Shown piece by piece: positions 34,817-46,011 of a stretch of 55,019 nt of DNA. A program made the position numbers and the translations under genes. The notes beneath the pieces were generated by a model. That model had not been told where the DNA came from. It was given only the letters and a program-made list of their open reading frames with translations, and ran no database searches. Source of the DNA: a virus (Duplodnaviria > Caudoviricetes); IMG/VR virus record IMGVR_UViG_3300046323_000133, positions 1 through 55,019 of that record; one strand, given 5' to 3'. How positions within the stretch are numbered: position 1 is the first letter of the stretch; each line of letters starts with the position of its first letter.

Positions 34817-37585
34817 TTAGTCGCCTATTTCATGCTGCTCAGTGCTAGATGATAAAGAGTCTGATTTGGACATTTTCCCAACTTGACCTGGATTAAAACC
34901 AGTTGGAGCTGATTCTTGTTCAGAGTTAAAACCAGCTTGCAAAGATTGAATATTTTGAGGATTCATACTTTCATGAGATTGCATGTCTAAAAGTAGTCCT
35001 AATTGAAGCTTTTCAGAATATTTTAGTTTGGTTTCATTTTTAGAAATATACTCCATAGTCACTTGCTTCATATTGTTGTGCATTTCAGGATATATATTTT
35101 TCATGACTTCTACATGTTCACGGCTTAAAGTGCCTTTAGCAGCTTTTTGTAGCATTTCAGACGGATTGTTTATAGCATCTAAATATCTAGACATTTTAGC
35201 TGTTTCAAATCCAGAAACTTTTGGCTGCTTACCAATATCAAATATACCTACACTTTTATTACTTTTTTTAGCTTTTGACGCTATAAACTGCATAACTTGC
35301 AAATACTTAGCATCAATAGCCGCTGCTGTGTTAGGAGCATGTTCAAACATGGCTGCAGTTTGTCTATTAGACTGTTGTAGAACTCTTTCTGGGTCTGTAA
35401 CAGCTACCATAGCATTGTCTACTATGTTGTGATAAGCTTCAGACTCATCTTTTGGCTTACTTTTTTTACCATCTACATTTTTAACAGCTAATTCTGAAGA
35501 TACTAATTGACGTAAAGTAGCAGGAGCTGCAGCTTTAGTAGTCTCTTTAACACCCGTTCCAAATGCTTTTAAGGCTTTAGAAGACATTAATTTAGCTTTC
35601 TGTATAGAGCCATCTAAAGAACCCATAATTAATTTTTTTTGTACTGGAAAGGTATTGAAAGCCGCTTTTGCGGTTTTAAAAGCTAGTGCGGACGCTGGGT
35701 CTATAGCAATTCCTACAGCAACATCGTCTGCGCCTACTCTAATTCCCGAAGTTCCGAGCCCCTCTTTTGCTAAAGATTTTTGAGAATTAAACACAACTTC
35801 ATTTAACACACTATAAGACTTATTTGCAACTAATAATTGGTCTAATAAAGAGCCTTTAGTAGCTTCTGTTCCTGAAAAAGCAGCAGCTTCTCTAACTAAC
35901 TCTCTTTGTTCAGCTCTTACAACATCTAAAAGCTTTCTACGTAATAACTTTTGAGAAGCTTCAGCTTCGGTAGCTAAAGAGCCGCCTTTAGGATAAATCT
36001 TTTTTTGTAAACTAACAGCATAGTCTTGTAACTTAGTAGCACTCAGACCGTTAGAGTCTATATCTTTTTTAACAGCAGAAGCAAATTCATCAGCTAATCT
36101 AAAAAGACCTTCTCTCTCTGTACTAGATACAGCTATTCCTAATCCTTCTAAATGGTCATCAGCAGCTTTTATTAAATTAGAACTTACAGAATCTCCGCTT
36201 CTTTGAGAACCAGTTCCTATAACAGTCGCATCGGAATTCATACGTTGTTTAACAGCTTCAGCATTTATTTCATCAGCCTGTTTGTAAATATCTCGTATCT
36301 TTTGTCCTTTTTTAGAATGAGTGCTTATTATAGCCTCATCAAATTCTTTATAAGATTTAGGATTAACAGTTTCTAATATATCTTGAACTTCAGACGTTAT
36401 TAAAGAATCAAAATCAGGTCTTTTTATACGGGCTTTAGCTAATGCTGAAGGAGTTAAATCTACTAAGTTCATAGCTAATTTTTCTTTACCAATATAACTA
36501 TCTAACTTATCAGACACTAAACCTTTAGCTTTACCAAAAGTATTAGAAGCTAAATCGGACGCAGAAGGAACTAAAGCTTTTCCTAAACCTAAAGCTGCTC
36601 CAAAAGTCCCTCCAATAATAGAACCTACTCCAGCATATGCTAATAAATTTTCAGCATTAAATTCTGCAGTACCAAAAGCTTCTTCAGTAACTAAACGTCC
36701 AGCACCTTGCATTGCACCTTGAACAGCTAAATTAGCAGCTCCTGGAGCCATGTGCTCAAGACCTCCATATAACATCTTATTAGCAATAGACTTTGCTTGT
36801 GATGCAGCGTATCCAGATTTCTCTAAAGATTTACTAAACAGGTTTAAGGATTTTTCAGCAGCTTTTTCAGAAAGCATTCCAGAAGTTGTAGCGGCCTCAT
36901 CAGCCAGAGAAGCAACAGTTTTAACTTCTGCAGCACTTAGTTTTTGAGTGCTATTAGCTAATATTTTTTTAGCAATAGCTTTTTCGGCAGCAAGACCTAC
37001 AGCTTCAGAAGCAGCTATTCCTGCTCCTACTTTTGTAGCACCTTTAGCTAGTAAAGAAGTACCTCCAGAAAGAAGAGCAGGGGCAACAGTTCCTACAACC
37101 TCTCCTCCTATAGACGCTACAGTATTTGCATTTTCTAAGCCACGTAATTCGTCGCCTTCATATAAATTTGCACCTTTTAGAAACTGGTCGGAGGCTCCAA
37201 AACTTAAACCTCTAGCAGCTCCTAGCACACCTGCTTCTAAGTTTCTATCTCCATATTTTATCTCATCATTACGTAATTGAGTTTCTTCTTTAGTCTCTAG
37301 AGTATAATCTCCAGAACTTAAAACGGCCTTAATATTTTTACCTTGAACTTGACCAGTAGAACCGTCGTATTTTTTAACGTTAAACATTTCCTCAGGATTA
37401 ACAGAGTAAGAATCAGATAGTATAGCTGTACTTAAATCGGACTCATTGTCTACAGGTACTAATTGATTATTATCTGTAGCTTTTACTTGATACTTTGGAA
37501 TAGCGGCTTGTTGCTGATTTTGCTGGTCCATTAACCCAGCTTCTGCAAACGTAGGAATTTCGTTACCTTGTAAATCTTTTGCCAT
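34817..37585 (-). CDS. Internal virion / DNA ejection protein (large)
   Basis: 922 aa, Ala/Gly-rich and helical; GAARGLSFGASD; podovirus gene order. Confidence 0.65.
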   Translation of the reverse strand: MAKDLQGNEIPTFAEAGLMDQQNQQQAAIPKYQVKATDNNQLVPVDNESDLSTAILSDSYSVNPEEMFNVKKYDGSTGQVQGKNIKAVLSSGDYTLETKEETQLRNDEIKYGDRNLEAGVLGAARGLSFGASDQFLKGANLYEGDELRGLENANTVASIGGEVVGTVAPALLSGGTSLLAKGATKVGAGIAASEAVGLAAEKAIAKKILANSTQKLSAAEVKTVASLADEAATTSGMLSEKAAEKSLNLFSKSLEKSGYAASQAKSIANKMLYGGLEHMAPGAANLAVQGAMQGAGRLVTEEAFGTAEFNAENLLAYAGVGSIIGGTFGAALGLGKALVPSASDLASNTFGKAKGLVSDKLDSYIGKEKLAMNLVDLTPSALAKARIKRPDFDSLITSEVQDILETVNPKSYKEFDEAIISTHSKKGQKIRDIYKQADEINAEAVKQRMNSDATVIGTGSQRSGDSVSSNLIKAADDHLEGLGIAVSSTEREGLFRLADEFASAVKKDIDSNGLSATKLQDYAVSLQKKIYPKGGSLATEAEASQKLLRRKLLDVVRAEQRELVREAAAFSGTEATKGSLLDQLLVANKSYSVLNEVVFNSQKSLAKEGLGTSGIRVGADDVAVGIAIDPASALAFKTAKAAFNTFPVQKKLIMGSLDGSIQKAKLMSSKALKAFGTGVKETTKAAAPATLRQLVSSELAVKNVDGKKSKPKDESEAYHNIVDNAMVAVTDPERVLQQSNRQTAAMFEHAPNTAAAIDAKYLQVMQFIASKAKKSNKSVGIFDIGKQPKVSGFETAKMSRYLDAINNPSEMLQKAAKGTLSREHVEVMKNIYPEMHNNMKQVTMEYISKNETKLKYSEKLQLGLLLDMQSHESMNPQNIQSLQAGFNSEQESAPTGFNPGQVGKMSKSDSLSSSTEQHEIGD

Positions 37586-37606
37586 TTTAAATCCTTTTAT
37601 TACAGT

Positions 37607-39262
37607 TTAATTCTTTTTAACTAAAGAGTCAATATTTCCAGGCTTTTTACTATTAGGAGTAAATCCGTAATTTTCAATTTTATTATCCATTTTCTTTTCT
37701 AGATTTTTAAGAGTTTGCATTAGTCTAGCTTTAGTATTTACAATAGGACTAAGAGACGTAGGGTCCCCTGTAACTTTTTGTAATAAATCCATATCTGGAC
37801 CAGTTAAAACCCCTAATTTATAATTTTCTTCGTCTTTTAAAGTCAGCTGTAAATCGGTCATTATAGATTCTAAAGCTTGTCTATCTGTAAAATTCCATTT
37901 AGAAAGTTTATCTACTTGTGTCATAGTGTCTTTAAGTTTTCTAACTGTATCTGCCATAGGCTTAACTTTTTGAATAAAGTCTTTAGCTAGTTGTGGGTCT
38001 GTAGCCATACCATAACCTTTAACATATTTATCAGCATCTTTTCCAAAACTTTGAAGAGCCTGTTCATTACTCATATTATAATAATCTACATTTTGCATCA
38101 TTTGTTGTTTTTCAAATTGCTGAGCTTGAGCAGCTTTTAGTTGCATCTCATACTGTTCTCTTTTTTGCATAATTGCAGAACGAGCAGCATTTGCTTGAGA
38201 TTTAACAGCTAAATCAGTGGCTCCACCTTTTTTAGTTAATTCAGCATTCATTTGGTCTTGAACCATAGCTAACATTGCATTTTTTGTAGCAAGTACAGCT
38301 GACTTTTCATCTCCAAATTTTTCACGCATTTTATTTAATAAACTAGACTGGTCATCGATATTAGCTTTAGACACATTATATTTATACTGCATATTAAACT
38401 GTTGAGCAGCTACATCTTTATCAATAGCCTTTTCAATCATTTCTAAACCTATATTTTTATTAGTACCTTGAAGAGCTCCACCAATACCTCCTAAAGCAAC
38501 AGCTAATCCTGTCATAATAGAACCTTGAGTGTCTTGACGAGCTAAAAAAGCTCCTGGAATAACTTTATCTCCAGCTAAAGCTTTAAAATCTTTAATACTT
38601 TGTGTATAATCATCCATCTTATTTTGATAATTAAATTCAAAAGTTTCTTGTAATTTTTGTTGCTCATCCATTTTTTGCTGTTCGATATCTGCTTTTTTCT
38701 GAAAATACGCAGACTCTGCTACAGCTTTTTCTAAACCAGCTTTCTCAGCTTGATTTACTCCTAGCATAGCTGTTCCTAAAGAACCGCCAAACGGATTTAC
38801 AATCTTGGAAGTATCAGCTACAGTTTGAGTATTTTCTATAGGCATGTTTGCTACAGGAGGAGCAGCGATAGAATTCGCGGTTCCTTGTAAATTAGGGTCT
38901 ACAAAGGGTTTACCAGAAATTGTGCCCACTTGTTCTGGACTCAAAGGAGCTTGATTAGCTCTAGCAGCTGTATTTATAGTAGCCTGCTCCATAGCTTGAG
39001 TAACAGGAGCATTTAAAAAATCTTTAATTCCATTTTTACCATAAACATCATTAGACATTTGAACAGAATCTAGCAATGGACTTGGTATTTGAGAAAAATC
39101 AGTTGTTAAATTATTTTCAAAATTTTTAATAGGAACGTCTACTTGTGGAGCATAAGCAGTACCAGTTAAATCTGTAGCTGGTAAATTTGCAGGACTGTAG
39201 ACACCCATAGCTTTTTCTTCTGGACTTACATACGTATTACCAGTTTTAAAATCTTCAGCCAT
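37607..39262 (-). CDS. Internal virion / DNA ejection protein
   Basis: Coiled coil with a Gly-rich hydrophobic segment; LGVLTGPD; gene order. Confidence 0.6.
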   Translation of the reverse strand: MAEDFKTGNTYVSPEEKAMGVYSPANLPATDLTGTAYAPQVDVPIKNFENNLTTDFSQIPSPLLDSVQMSNDVYGKNGIKDFLNAPVTQAMEQATINTAARANQAPLSPEQVGTISGKPFVDPNLQGTANSIAAPPVANMPIENTQTVADTSKIVNPFGGSLGTAMLGVNQAEKAGLEKAVAESAYFQKKADIEQQKMDEQQKLQETFEFNYQNKMDDYTQSIKDFKALAGDKVIPGAFLARQDTQGSIMTGLAVALGGIGGALQGTNKNIGLEMIEKAIDKDVAAQQFNMQYKYNVSKANIDDQSSLLNKMREKFGDEKSAVLATKNAMLAMVQDQMNAELTKKGGATDLAVKSQANAARSAIMQKREQYEMQLKAAQAQQFEKQQMMQNVDYYNMSNEQALQSFGKDADKYVKGYGMATDPQLAKDFIQKVKPMADTVRKLKDTMTQVDKLSKWNFTDRQALESIMTDLQLTLKDEENYKLGVLTGPDMDLLQKVTGDPTSLSPIVNTKARLMQTLKNLEKKMDNKIENYGFTPNSKKPGNIDSLVKKN

Positions 39263-41128
39263 TTACGACTCCTTCTTTTTCTTAGAGTACATTTTTTCTA
39301 TTTGGGATAATCGTTCATTAAGATGAGCTTGAGAGGCTAATATAGCTCCAAAACCTTTTCCATAGTCTACGATTTTATTCCCTTGTTCATCTTCTTCAAC
39401 CATGTTTTTACCAACAGGACCAGCTTTTTCTAAATCTTGAGCCATTACAGACAACTGTCTACCTTCTCCAGCACCTTCTAAACCTTTAGCACTCTTTTTA
39501 TATTCATAAGAATTTGCTTCTAATTTATCTAAGAAAGATTTAGGATTAAATGCATTTGACTGAGCAGCTTTTTCAGACTTAATATCTTCTTTTTGATTTT
39601 CATCTGAAATACTTCTTGCTCTTGAATACATACTATTAGCAGGTACAGAGTATTGTAAATTATTATTAATAGTATCTCTCACAAAATCCATGGTTCCACG
39701 AGACTGGTCGCCAATTCCTTGAGACCGTTGATACGCTTGAGCTGCACCCCAGTCAGAAGCAGCTAATTCTTGTTTTGGAGCGTATTGAGAAGCTATAGCA
39801 CCGGCAGAACCTGTGTCGATTCCTGTGTAAAATCTGTTTAACCTAGCAGTACGTTGAGCGTCTTTTGCTAAGTTTTCTTCTGCCACTACGCTTTGTTGTG
39901 CATCGTAAGCAGCATTTTTAGCATCTTGAGCAGCTTGCCATTCTGCCATATATTGAGCATAATTCTCTCTGTCAGACCGTTTTACGTTTCCAAATATATC
40001 TCTAGTTTGTCCACGTTGAGCTCTCATACTCATGTCTAAAATCTCAGCTTGAGAAGGACCAGCAGCCCCTCTTTCTAAAGTATTTACTGAATTTTTAATA
40101 TTAGAAACATTTCCACCGCCCTTAGAAGACCTTTGAGCTTGTTGTAGCATTTCAGCAGTTATTCCTGGAGGAGGGTTAGAAGTAGGAGCAGGTGCAGGAG
40201 CTTGAGGAGCGGATGCTTGTGAGGTAGCTTGAGCAGGCTGAGCAGTTTGTGGAGCTTGCATGCCTTGAGGCTGTTGAGCCGCTTGATTTTGCATTTGTAA
40301 ATTATTCGAAGCAGGTAAATTTTCACTTTTAATTAAATCTTTTTGGCGTTCATCAGACATCATTTTCATGCTGTACGACTGTTTATTCTTTTTCATTTTT
40401 TCATCTGAGTAAGAAGTTAAATCAGTATCGGCACCTAAAGAATAGCTGTTGTTTATTTGAGCCGCTTTATTTCCAGAATCAGTTAGAGAAAGTCCAGAAG
40501 TATTCATAGGCTCTTTTACAGAATTAGAATCTGTTGCCATTTTTTGCTGTTGAGCAGCCATTTGATTTTGAGCGTCTTGTTTCTGAGCTTGTAAAGCAAA
40601 ACTAGAACCTAAACTGTTGAAACCAGCTCCTAACATATTATTAGCTTGCTGGTCCGCAGCTCTTTCAAAACCCAAATTTTGAGCAGCTATACCTGCATTC
40701 ATTTGTTGAGCTTGCATATATTTAGCTAAAGCTTGATTACGCTCTTCAGCAGCCAATATAGCAGCATTTTGAGCATTTGCTTGAGACTGTTCAGCAGCAA
40801 TCCTATTTACATTTCTAGATAGTAAACCTGGATTAACACCACGAGACGCTTTTGCTGCAGCAATCTGCTGAGCTAGAGTCTTATCATACATTTGAGCGCC
40901 TTTTAGTTCGCCAATTGTAGGAGTATTTCCTATAGATTGTTGATACAGTTTATTAACGACATCTTGTGGAACAACTGGAGGCAGCTGAGCAACAGAATCA
41001 TCTTGTTGAGAGCCTAAAATTCCACCTAATATTGCACCGCCTGCAATAGCGTAAGGATTACCTGTTTGAGCTCCAGCAGCAGCACCACTCATAGCTCCAC
41101 CCATAACATTTTTATTTTTTCGTCCCAT
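39263..41128 (-). CDS. Ejection/pilot-like protein with C-terminal peptidase S74 (intramolecular chaperone) domain
   Basis: Gly-zipper N-terminus; SDENQKEDI...YEYK...VMAQDLE...VDYG. Confidence 0.7.
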   Translation of the reverse strand: MGRKNKNVMGGAMSGAAAGAQTGNPYAIAGGAILGGILGSQQDDSVAQLPPVVPQDVVNKLYQQSIGNTPTIGELKGAQMYDKTLAQQIAAAKASRGVNPGLLSRNVNRIAAEQSQANAQNAAILAAEERNQALAKYMQAQQMNAGIAAQNLGFERAADQQANNMLGAGFNSLGSSFALQAQKQDAQNQMAAQQQKMATDSNSVKEPMNTSGLSLTDSGNKAAQINNSYSLGADTDLTSYSDEKMKKNKQSYSMKMMSDERQKDLIKSENLPASNNLQMQNQAAQQPQGMQAPQTAQPAQATSQASAPQAPAPAPTSNPPPGITAEMLQQAQRSSKGGGNVSNIKNSVNTLERGAAGPSQAEILDMSMRAQRGQTRDIFGNVKRSDRENYAQYMAEWQAAQDAKNAAYDAQQSVVAEENLAKDAQRTARLNRFYTGIDTGSAGAIASQYAPKQELAASDWGAAQAYQRSQGIGDQSRGTMDFVRDTINNNLQYSVPANSMYSRARSISDENQKEDIKSEKAAQSNAFNPKSFLDKLEANSYEYKKSAKGLEGAGEGRQLSVMAQDLEKAGPVGKNMVEEDEQGNKIVDYGKGFGAILASQAHLNERLSQIEKMYSKKKKES

Positions 41129-41159
41129 TAGTACCTCATATAAGTCTATGTGTTTTTAA

Positions 41160-41507
41160 TTAAATATTACCAATATAGTAAGTTAAGTGTCCGACTTTCT
41201 TATAAAATTGCCATCCTAGTTTCTTCATAAGCTGTTCACTATACTCATAATTAGCAGTAGTTTCGTCAACAGACCCTATCATTTTAGAATAGCCGTCGGC
41301 TTTAGCCAAATTACACAACCGTTTATACAAATTAAAAGCGGCTGTAGTACCTCTAAACTCAGGAATTATATATATTTCAGCTAAATAACAAGCTTGTAGT
41401 TCTGGATAAAAGCAGTAGGTAACAAAACCTTTTTCGTTTTCATACATTTCCATGTTATCTCTTTCTTTTAAATAAGCGGCATATTTATTCATATAAACAG
41501 TGTACAC
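41160..41507 (-). CDS. GNAT-fold virion assembly protein (T7 gp13-like position)
   Basis: EIYIIPEFRG..A, LMKKLGW; lies between nozzle and ejection genes; start uncertain. Confidence 0.65.
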   Translation of the reverse strand: MYTVYMNKYAAYLKERDNMEMYENEKGFVTYCFYPELQACYLAEIYIIPEFRGTTAAFNLYKRLCNLAKADGYSKMIGSVDETTANYEYSEQLMKKLGWQFYKKVGHLTYYIGNI

Positions 41508-41527
41508 TATCTATACACCGTTGTAAA

Positions 41528-44500
41528 CTATTTAGTTCCAAAAGACTTGTTTCCAGAAGTCTTAAATGAGCCATTTTTAACTCCTACTTCAGCCATAATA
41601 TGAGACAAGCTAAAAGATTCTCCATCTACAGTAGTTTTAAAATCTTGTAACTCAAATTGAAAGCTTTGACATTTTTGTATTTTAGGATAAACCTGCCATT
41701 GATATAAGGGAAATTCTCCTCCGTATACGCCTGTTCCATAGGTTCCAGTACCATAAGTTGAAGGATTTAAAACATCTTCTGTATTTATAGTAGTTTCTTG
41801 CTGGTAAAACGGATTAAAATCATATGCAAACTTAATTAACAGTTTATGAGCGGATTTGTAATTTCCTAAGAACATCATTTGGTAAAATCGTTCGAAGCCT
41901 TGGACTCCTGCAATTTGAATCCAAGCAGATTTAATACGCATTTTAATAAATTGACCGTTATCTTGATACTGCCCCTTAGTCTCTTTATAAACTAGCCCAT
42001 CAGCTCTTACATAGTGATAGACTCCTTTGAACTCTATAGAATCAAGGCCTCTTATATTTGTAAAAGTAGACCAGCGATTTGTATAGTAGTCGTAAACTAA
42101 TGCTTTTCCAGTTTCAGTAATTAATCTAATTTGATTAGCTGTTGATAATAAAGTAGCACTTGTAATCTTTTCATTGTTGTAAGCTTCTACACTATCTCCA
42201 ATATATTGAAGTCCAAAGTTTCTTTTCAACATATAAATGCCTTTAGAAGACTTAAACATAATACCTTCTGGATTTTCTACTAAACTATTAGCATCAATAC
42301 ATCCAGCATCAGAAGTTATATTATAAGGAGTTCTATAATCATCTTGTTGACCTAATTCGTTTGGACCTTCTCCAGTTAGCGCAAATATAGCACGTTCTTT
42401 AAAAATAATCAAATGGTCATCTACAACTGCTAAAGCTGTAGCTTTTCCACCTTTATCATCTAAAGGAATTTTAAATGCTGCATTAAATCTAACAGGCTCT
42501 CCAATACCAGTCACCTTGGAATATTGAAGAGTAAATCCATCAGAGAGTATAAGAAATGTACGAGCTTTATAAGAAGCAACGTAAGAGCTACTTAAGGCCG
42601 CATCATTTTCTAATACTCCGCCTGTAGTATATAAAGGCTCCGCATAAGCCAGTTCTTGGTCTGTAACATAATCAGTTATAGAAATAAACTTCTTATTTTT
42701 AATATTAGCGTATGAACCAGTTATAAAATCATCAGTTCCAGGAGTATTAACAGTATCTACAACTTTACTTATTTTATAAAATATAGTACCGTTGCCTTGA
42801 GTACGATATATTTCAATTTCTACATCGTTTTTAGAAGTCAAATAACAAGGTATAAAACTTAAATTAGCTAAGAATTTAGTACCAGCTGGAGTAGTAACAG
42901 ATATAGGTAAAGAAGGGCTACTTCTATGTATTTTACCAGTTCTATCTGTCCATTTATACACTATAGAATACAAGTATCTTTTAGAAGCGTCTAGGCCGTC
43001 AGAAGTGCTTGCTATCAAATCAGTTACAGGGTCAATATCTTTTGGAGCTTCAGGAATATCTAAAAACCCGTGTTCTACAACTTTATAGCCGTCATACATC
43101 TTTAATAGTCCACCACTAATATGCAAAGCCTCTCCTTGAGAAACGTCGAAGTAGTTTGAAGATTGAGAAAAGTCTGCAATTTGTTTTTTAATTACTGTAG
43201 ACGCTAAAACTTTTGAAGCGCCTGCAGGTTGTAACGAAGTTATAACGGCACTTGGTTTTGTAATAACTAGTCCATTTAAATCTACATTAGTTAAACCATT
43301 TACATAGTCAGAATTTATAAAACAGTTTTCATCAACATCATACTGTCCTAATATTTCTGTCTTAAAATCTAAAGTACTGTCTAACAAATTCTTTATTAAA
43401 TATAAAGTTCTTACAGGCTTATTGACTTCATATGCGGGGTCAATATCTCCATTTGACAGTATTCCAGAAGCTGTATATCTAGGGTCAACGTTCTTAGAAG
43501 CAAAAAAGTATACATAGCCTTCTAAACTTACAGGCTTTGATTGTAACTCTAGACCAATGTGGGCAACAGTAGGACTAAATGCTGACTGGACCCCACTATT
43601 AGTTATTATAGCTGTGCTTATAGCGCCTAGTCTAGTCTTCCAAGCTTTTACTTGTATAAAAATTATAGACTGAGTAGAGTTATTAGGGTCTTCTACAGCA
43701 GTTATAGTGTATTTACCATCATTAGCATCGTCAAGAGTGCTGGTTGCTGGTAGAGGAATAGTAGTTAACGTTACAGGCGCATGAAAAGGGGCTGTTAAGC
43801 TAAAATTAACTAGATATGTTTGAGCAAGTGTACCATCTGATTTTGTTAAAACAGTTCGTACGTTTGAACCCTCTTTAGAAATGCTTACGTTGTTTAAAAC
43901 ATAATTTGTTGCTAAACTGAATGCGGGGCTTATATCTTGATTTTCATCTATAGATTTTAACACAGTATCTAAAGCTAAGGTAGTATAAGCTATAAACACT
44001 CTATTAGAAATAGTTTGTAAGTCGTATTTAAAAGTAGACAAGCTAATGTCAGGGTCTATACTTATTCCTGAAGCTGTACTAATTTTAATATTTGAATTAG
44101 AAATAACTTTTGGATTTAAATAGTCTACTGTACTAAAGCGAAATCCTCCGCCTAAACCGTCTACAAAGTTACACATATAAGTTACTATGAACTTTGAACC
44201 ACTAAATCCTACTTTTGGAGCTAATATACTACCTCCAATAAGACTTCCAAAATCCTGAGACTTCAACTCATGTTTAGCTAATATAGTGTTTGTGATATTG
44301 TCTACTATAACTATTTGTATATTTTTATATTCAGAATATAAAGTAGGACTAGAAAGAATACCAGCTTCAATTGTTAATATCTTTTTTTCATAAGCATAAC
44401 AAGTAATGTTTTCGTACGTATATGCATTTGGATTTTCTAATATACTATTATCAGCTGAGATTTGAAGAGAAGAAGAACTGCAGAATTTAATTTCTCCTTT

Positions 44501-44788
44501 ACCCTCCCATTTTTGTTCTCCTTCAGAATAGGAGTATAAGTTAGAATTACTATATAGTAATAATTCATCTCTAAAACTAGAAACTGCAGAGCCTGTGCTA
44601 ATCGTATTTAAATCTAAATCTTTATTAGGCAAAGCTTCATAGCCAAACCGCTTTTGTATGGAACCAGGATTTGTAAATATAACATTTTCTAATTCTAAAA
44701 ATCGAGTAGGAAGAACAGTTTTTGAATCACCTTTAGTATCTATACCGTCTACTATAGGCATTGCTATCTTTTGTTTATTTAATGCCAT
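41528..44788 (-). CDS. Tail nozzle / tail tubular protein B (P22 gp10-like)
   Basis: GID.K..., LENV....GSIQKRFG N-terminus, beta-propeller-like body, gene order. Confidence 0.7.
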   Translation of the reverse strand: MALNKQKIAMPIVDGIDTKGDSKTVLPTRFLELENVIFTNPGSIQKRFGYEALPNKDLDLNTISTGSAVSSFRDELLLYSNSNLYSYSEGEQKWEGKGEIKFCSSSSLQISADNSILENPNAYTYENITCYAYEKKILTIEAGILSSPTLYSEYKNIQIVIVDNITNTILAKHELKSQDFGSLIGGSILAPKVGFSGSKFIVTYMCNFVDGLGGGFRFSTVDYLNPKVISNSNIKISTASGISIDPDISLSTFKYDLQTISNRVFIAYTTLALDTVLKSIDENQDISPAFSLATNYVLNNVSISKEGSNVRTVLTKSDGTLAQTYLVNFSLTAPFHAPVTLTTIPLPATSTLDDANDGKYTITAVEDPNNSTQSIIFIQVKAWKTRLGAISTAIITNSGVQSAFSPTVAHIGLELQSKPVSLEGYVYFFASKNVDPRYTASGILSNGDIDPAYEVNKPVRTLYLIKNLLDSTLDFKTEILGQYDVDENCFINSDYVNGLTNVDLNGLVITKPSAVITSLQPAGASKVLASTVIKKQIADFSQSSNYFDVSQGEALHISGGLLKMYDGYKVVEHGFLDIPEAPKDIDPVTDLIASTSDGLDASKRYLYSIVYKWTDRTGKIHRSSPSLPISVTTPAGTKFLANLSFIPCYLTSKNDVEIEIYRTQGNGTIFYKISKVVDTVNTPGTDDFITGSYANIKNKKFISITDYVTDQELAYAEPLYTTGGVLENDAALSSSYVASYKARTFLILSDGFTLQYSKVTGIGEPVRFNAAFKIPLDDKGGKATALAVVDDHLIIFKERAIFALTGEGPNELGQQDDYRTPYNITSDAGCIDANSLVENPEGIMFKSSKGIYMLKRNFGLQYIGDSVEAYNNEKITSATLLSTANQIRLITETGKALVYDYYTNRWSTFTNIRGLDSIEFKGVYHYVRADGLVYKETKGQYQDNGQFIKMRIKSAWIQIAGVQGFERFYQMMFLGNYKSAHKLLIKFAYDFNPFYQQETTINTEDVLNPSTYGTGTYGTGVYGGEFPLYQWQVYPKIQKCQSFQFELQDFKTTVDGESFSLSHIMAEVGVKNGSFKTSGNKSFGTK

Positions 44789-44804
44789 GTAAAATACTCC
44801 TGTA

Positions 44805-45680
44805 TTAAGTTTTAATCATTTTTAACATAACAGTAGATGGTTGCATATTATTATGAGACAACCCTCCTCCAGTAGCAACGTTTGTAGCTGTAGTACTAGT
44901 TGTAGCTACTTCGGAACCTGTAAATACAAAACCCGCATCGTCATAAGGTCCTCCGTTATTAAGATTAGATACACCTTGAGACACAAAGTGTTCATGAGGA
45001 TTTTGAGTATGATTATGACTAGGCATTTGAGGAGTAGTCAATATATGAGAAGCGGCTCCTAAAGTTTGAGCTATTGAGCGTGTAATTGTACTGTCTACAA
45101 TGTCTACATAAGTTCCAGAACCTATAGTAGTTCTACCATTTAAATTAGGAAGATTAAATGTAGTGGAGCCATCTCCTACCCCCCAGATAGTTCCAATAGA
45201 TGCAAATAAATCAGAGTATGTAGACCTAGAAACAGCCGCTCCATCACATAGTAAAAATCCAACAGGTGCTACAGGCCCAGCAAAATCTAAAACTGTTCCT
45301 GAAGGCATAAGAGGGGACGCAGGAATAACAACACTAGAAACAATACTGTTTCCATTGGTAATCTGAACTGGAACTCCGCCAGCATTTGTAAACCAAATGT
45401 TTCCATTTATAACTTGAAGCTTATTAGCATTTAAAGCGCCACTTAAAGCAGTAGGTAAATTTTGTAAGTTTAAAGATTTAGCATTTAATATAGTCTTTAA
45501 AAGTAAATCTAAATCTTGATTAATGTCTACAGCACTAATAGGTACTTTTTTACCTTTATCAGGTGTATGGTCATGGTCATCAATTAACTGTATTAGTACG
45601 TTTATAGCGTACGCCCAGTCTGGTCCTGGAGTAACAGTTGGGTCTGGTAAATTAAGTAACATATTTGGCGTAATTGACAT
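44805..45680 (-). CDS. Tail fibre protein with phage tail collar domain
   Basis: PSGTVLDFAG..APVGFLLCDGAAVSRSTYSDLFASIGT.WG.GDGSTTFNLPNL.GR; HNNMQP. Confidence 0.9.
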   Translation of the reverse strand: MSITPNMLLNLPDPTVTPGPDWAYAINVLIQLIDDHDHTPDKGKKVPISAVDINQDLDLLLKTILNAKSLNLQNLPTALSGALNANKLQVINGNIWFTNAGGVPVQITNGNSIVSSVVIPASPLMPSGTVLDFAGPVAPVGFLLCDGAAVSRSTYSDLFASIGTIWGVGDGSTTFNLPNLNGRTTIGSGTYVDIVDSTITRSIAQTLGAASHILTTPQMPSHNHTQNPHEHFVSQGVSNLNNGGPYDDAGFVFTGSEVATTSTTATNVATGGGLSHNNMQPSTVMLKMIKT

Positions 45681-45692
45681 AAAAACTCCTAT

Positions 45693-46010
45693 TTAAAATA
45701 TCCAAAGAGAAATAGTGCAAGGCACTGTAGCTTGTAAAGTCAAAAACTTAGTAACGTCGTTTCCAGTAGTTACAAGTTTTAACTGAGAAAAATTATCATT
45801 TTTACAAAGAATGTATCCTCTAAAAGAGCGATTTAGTTTATGCTCTACTAAAGTATCGGAAGTGCCTATTAGTATGTTTTCTAAATAAACACCGTCTAGA
45901 AGTATGGACCGACTTAAATTTCCAAAAGCTGTTTCTACATTAGTTTGAGCTGTAAAACTCTCTTGGTTTCCACCGGCTTGCTTTCTAAACGGTTGTGCTC
46001 TTCCTGCCAT
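45693..46010 (-). CDS. Small tail protein (putative)
   Basis: Start adjusted to ATG 46010; VEHKLNR motif. Confidence 0.55.
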   Translation of the reverse strand: MAGRAQPFRKQAGGNQESFTAQTNVETAFGNLSRSILLDGVYLENILIGTSDTLVEHKLNRSFRGYILCKNDNFSQLKLVTTGNDVTKFLTLQATVPCTISLWIF

Positions 46011-46011
46011 A

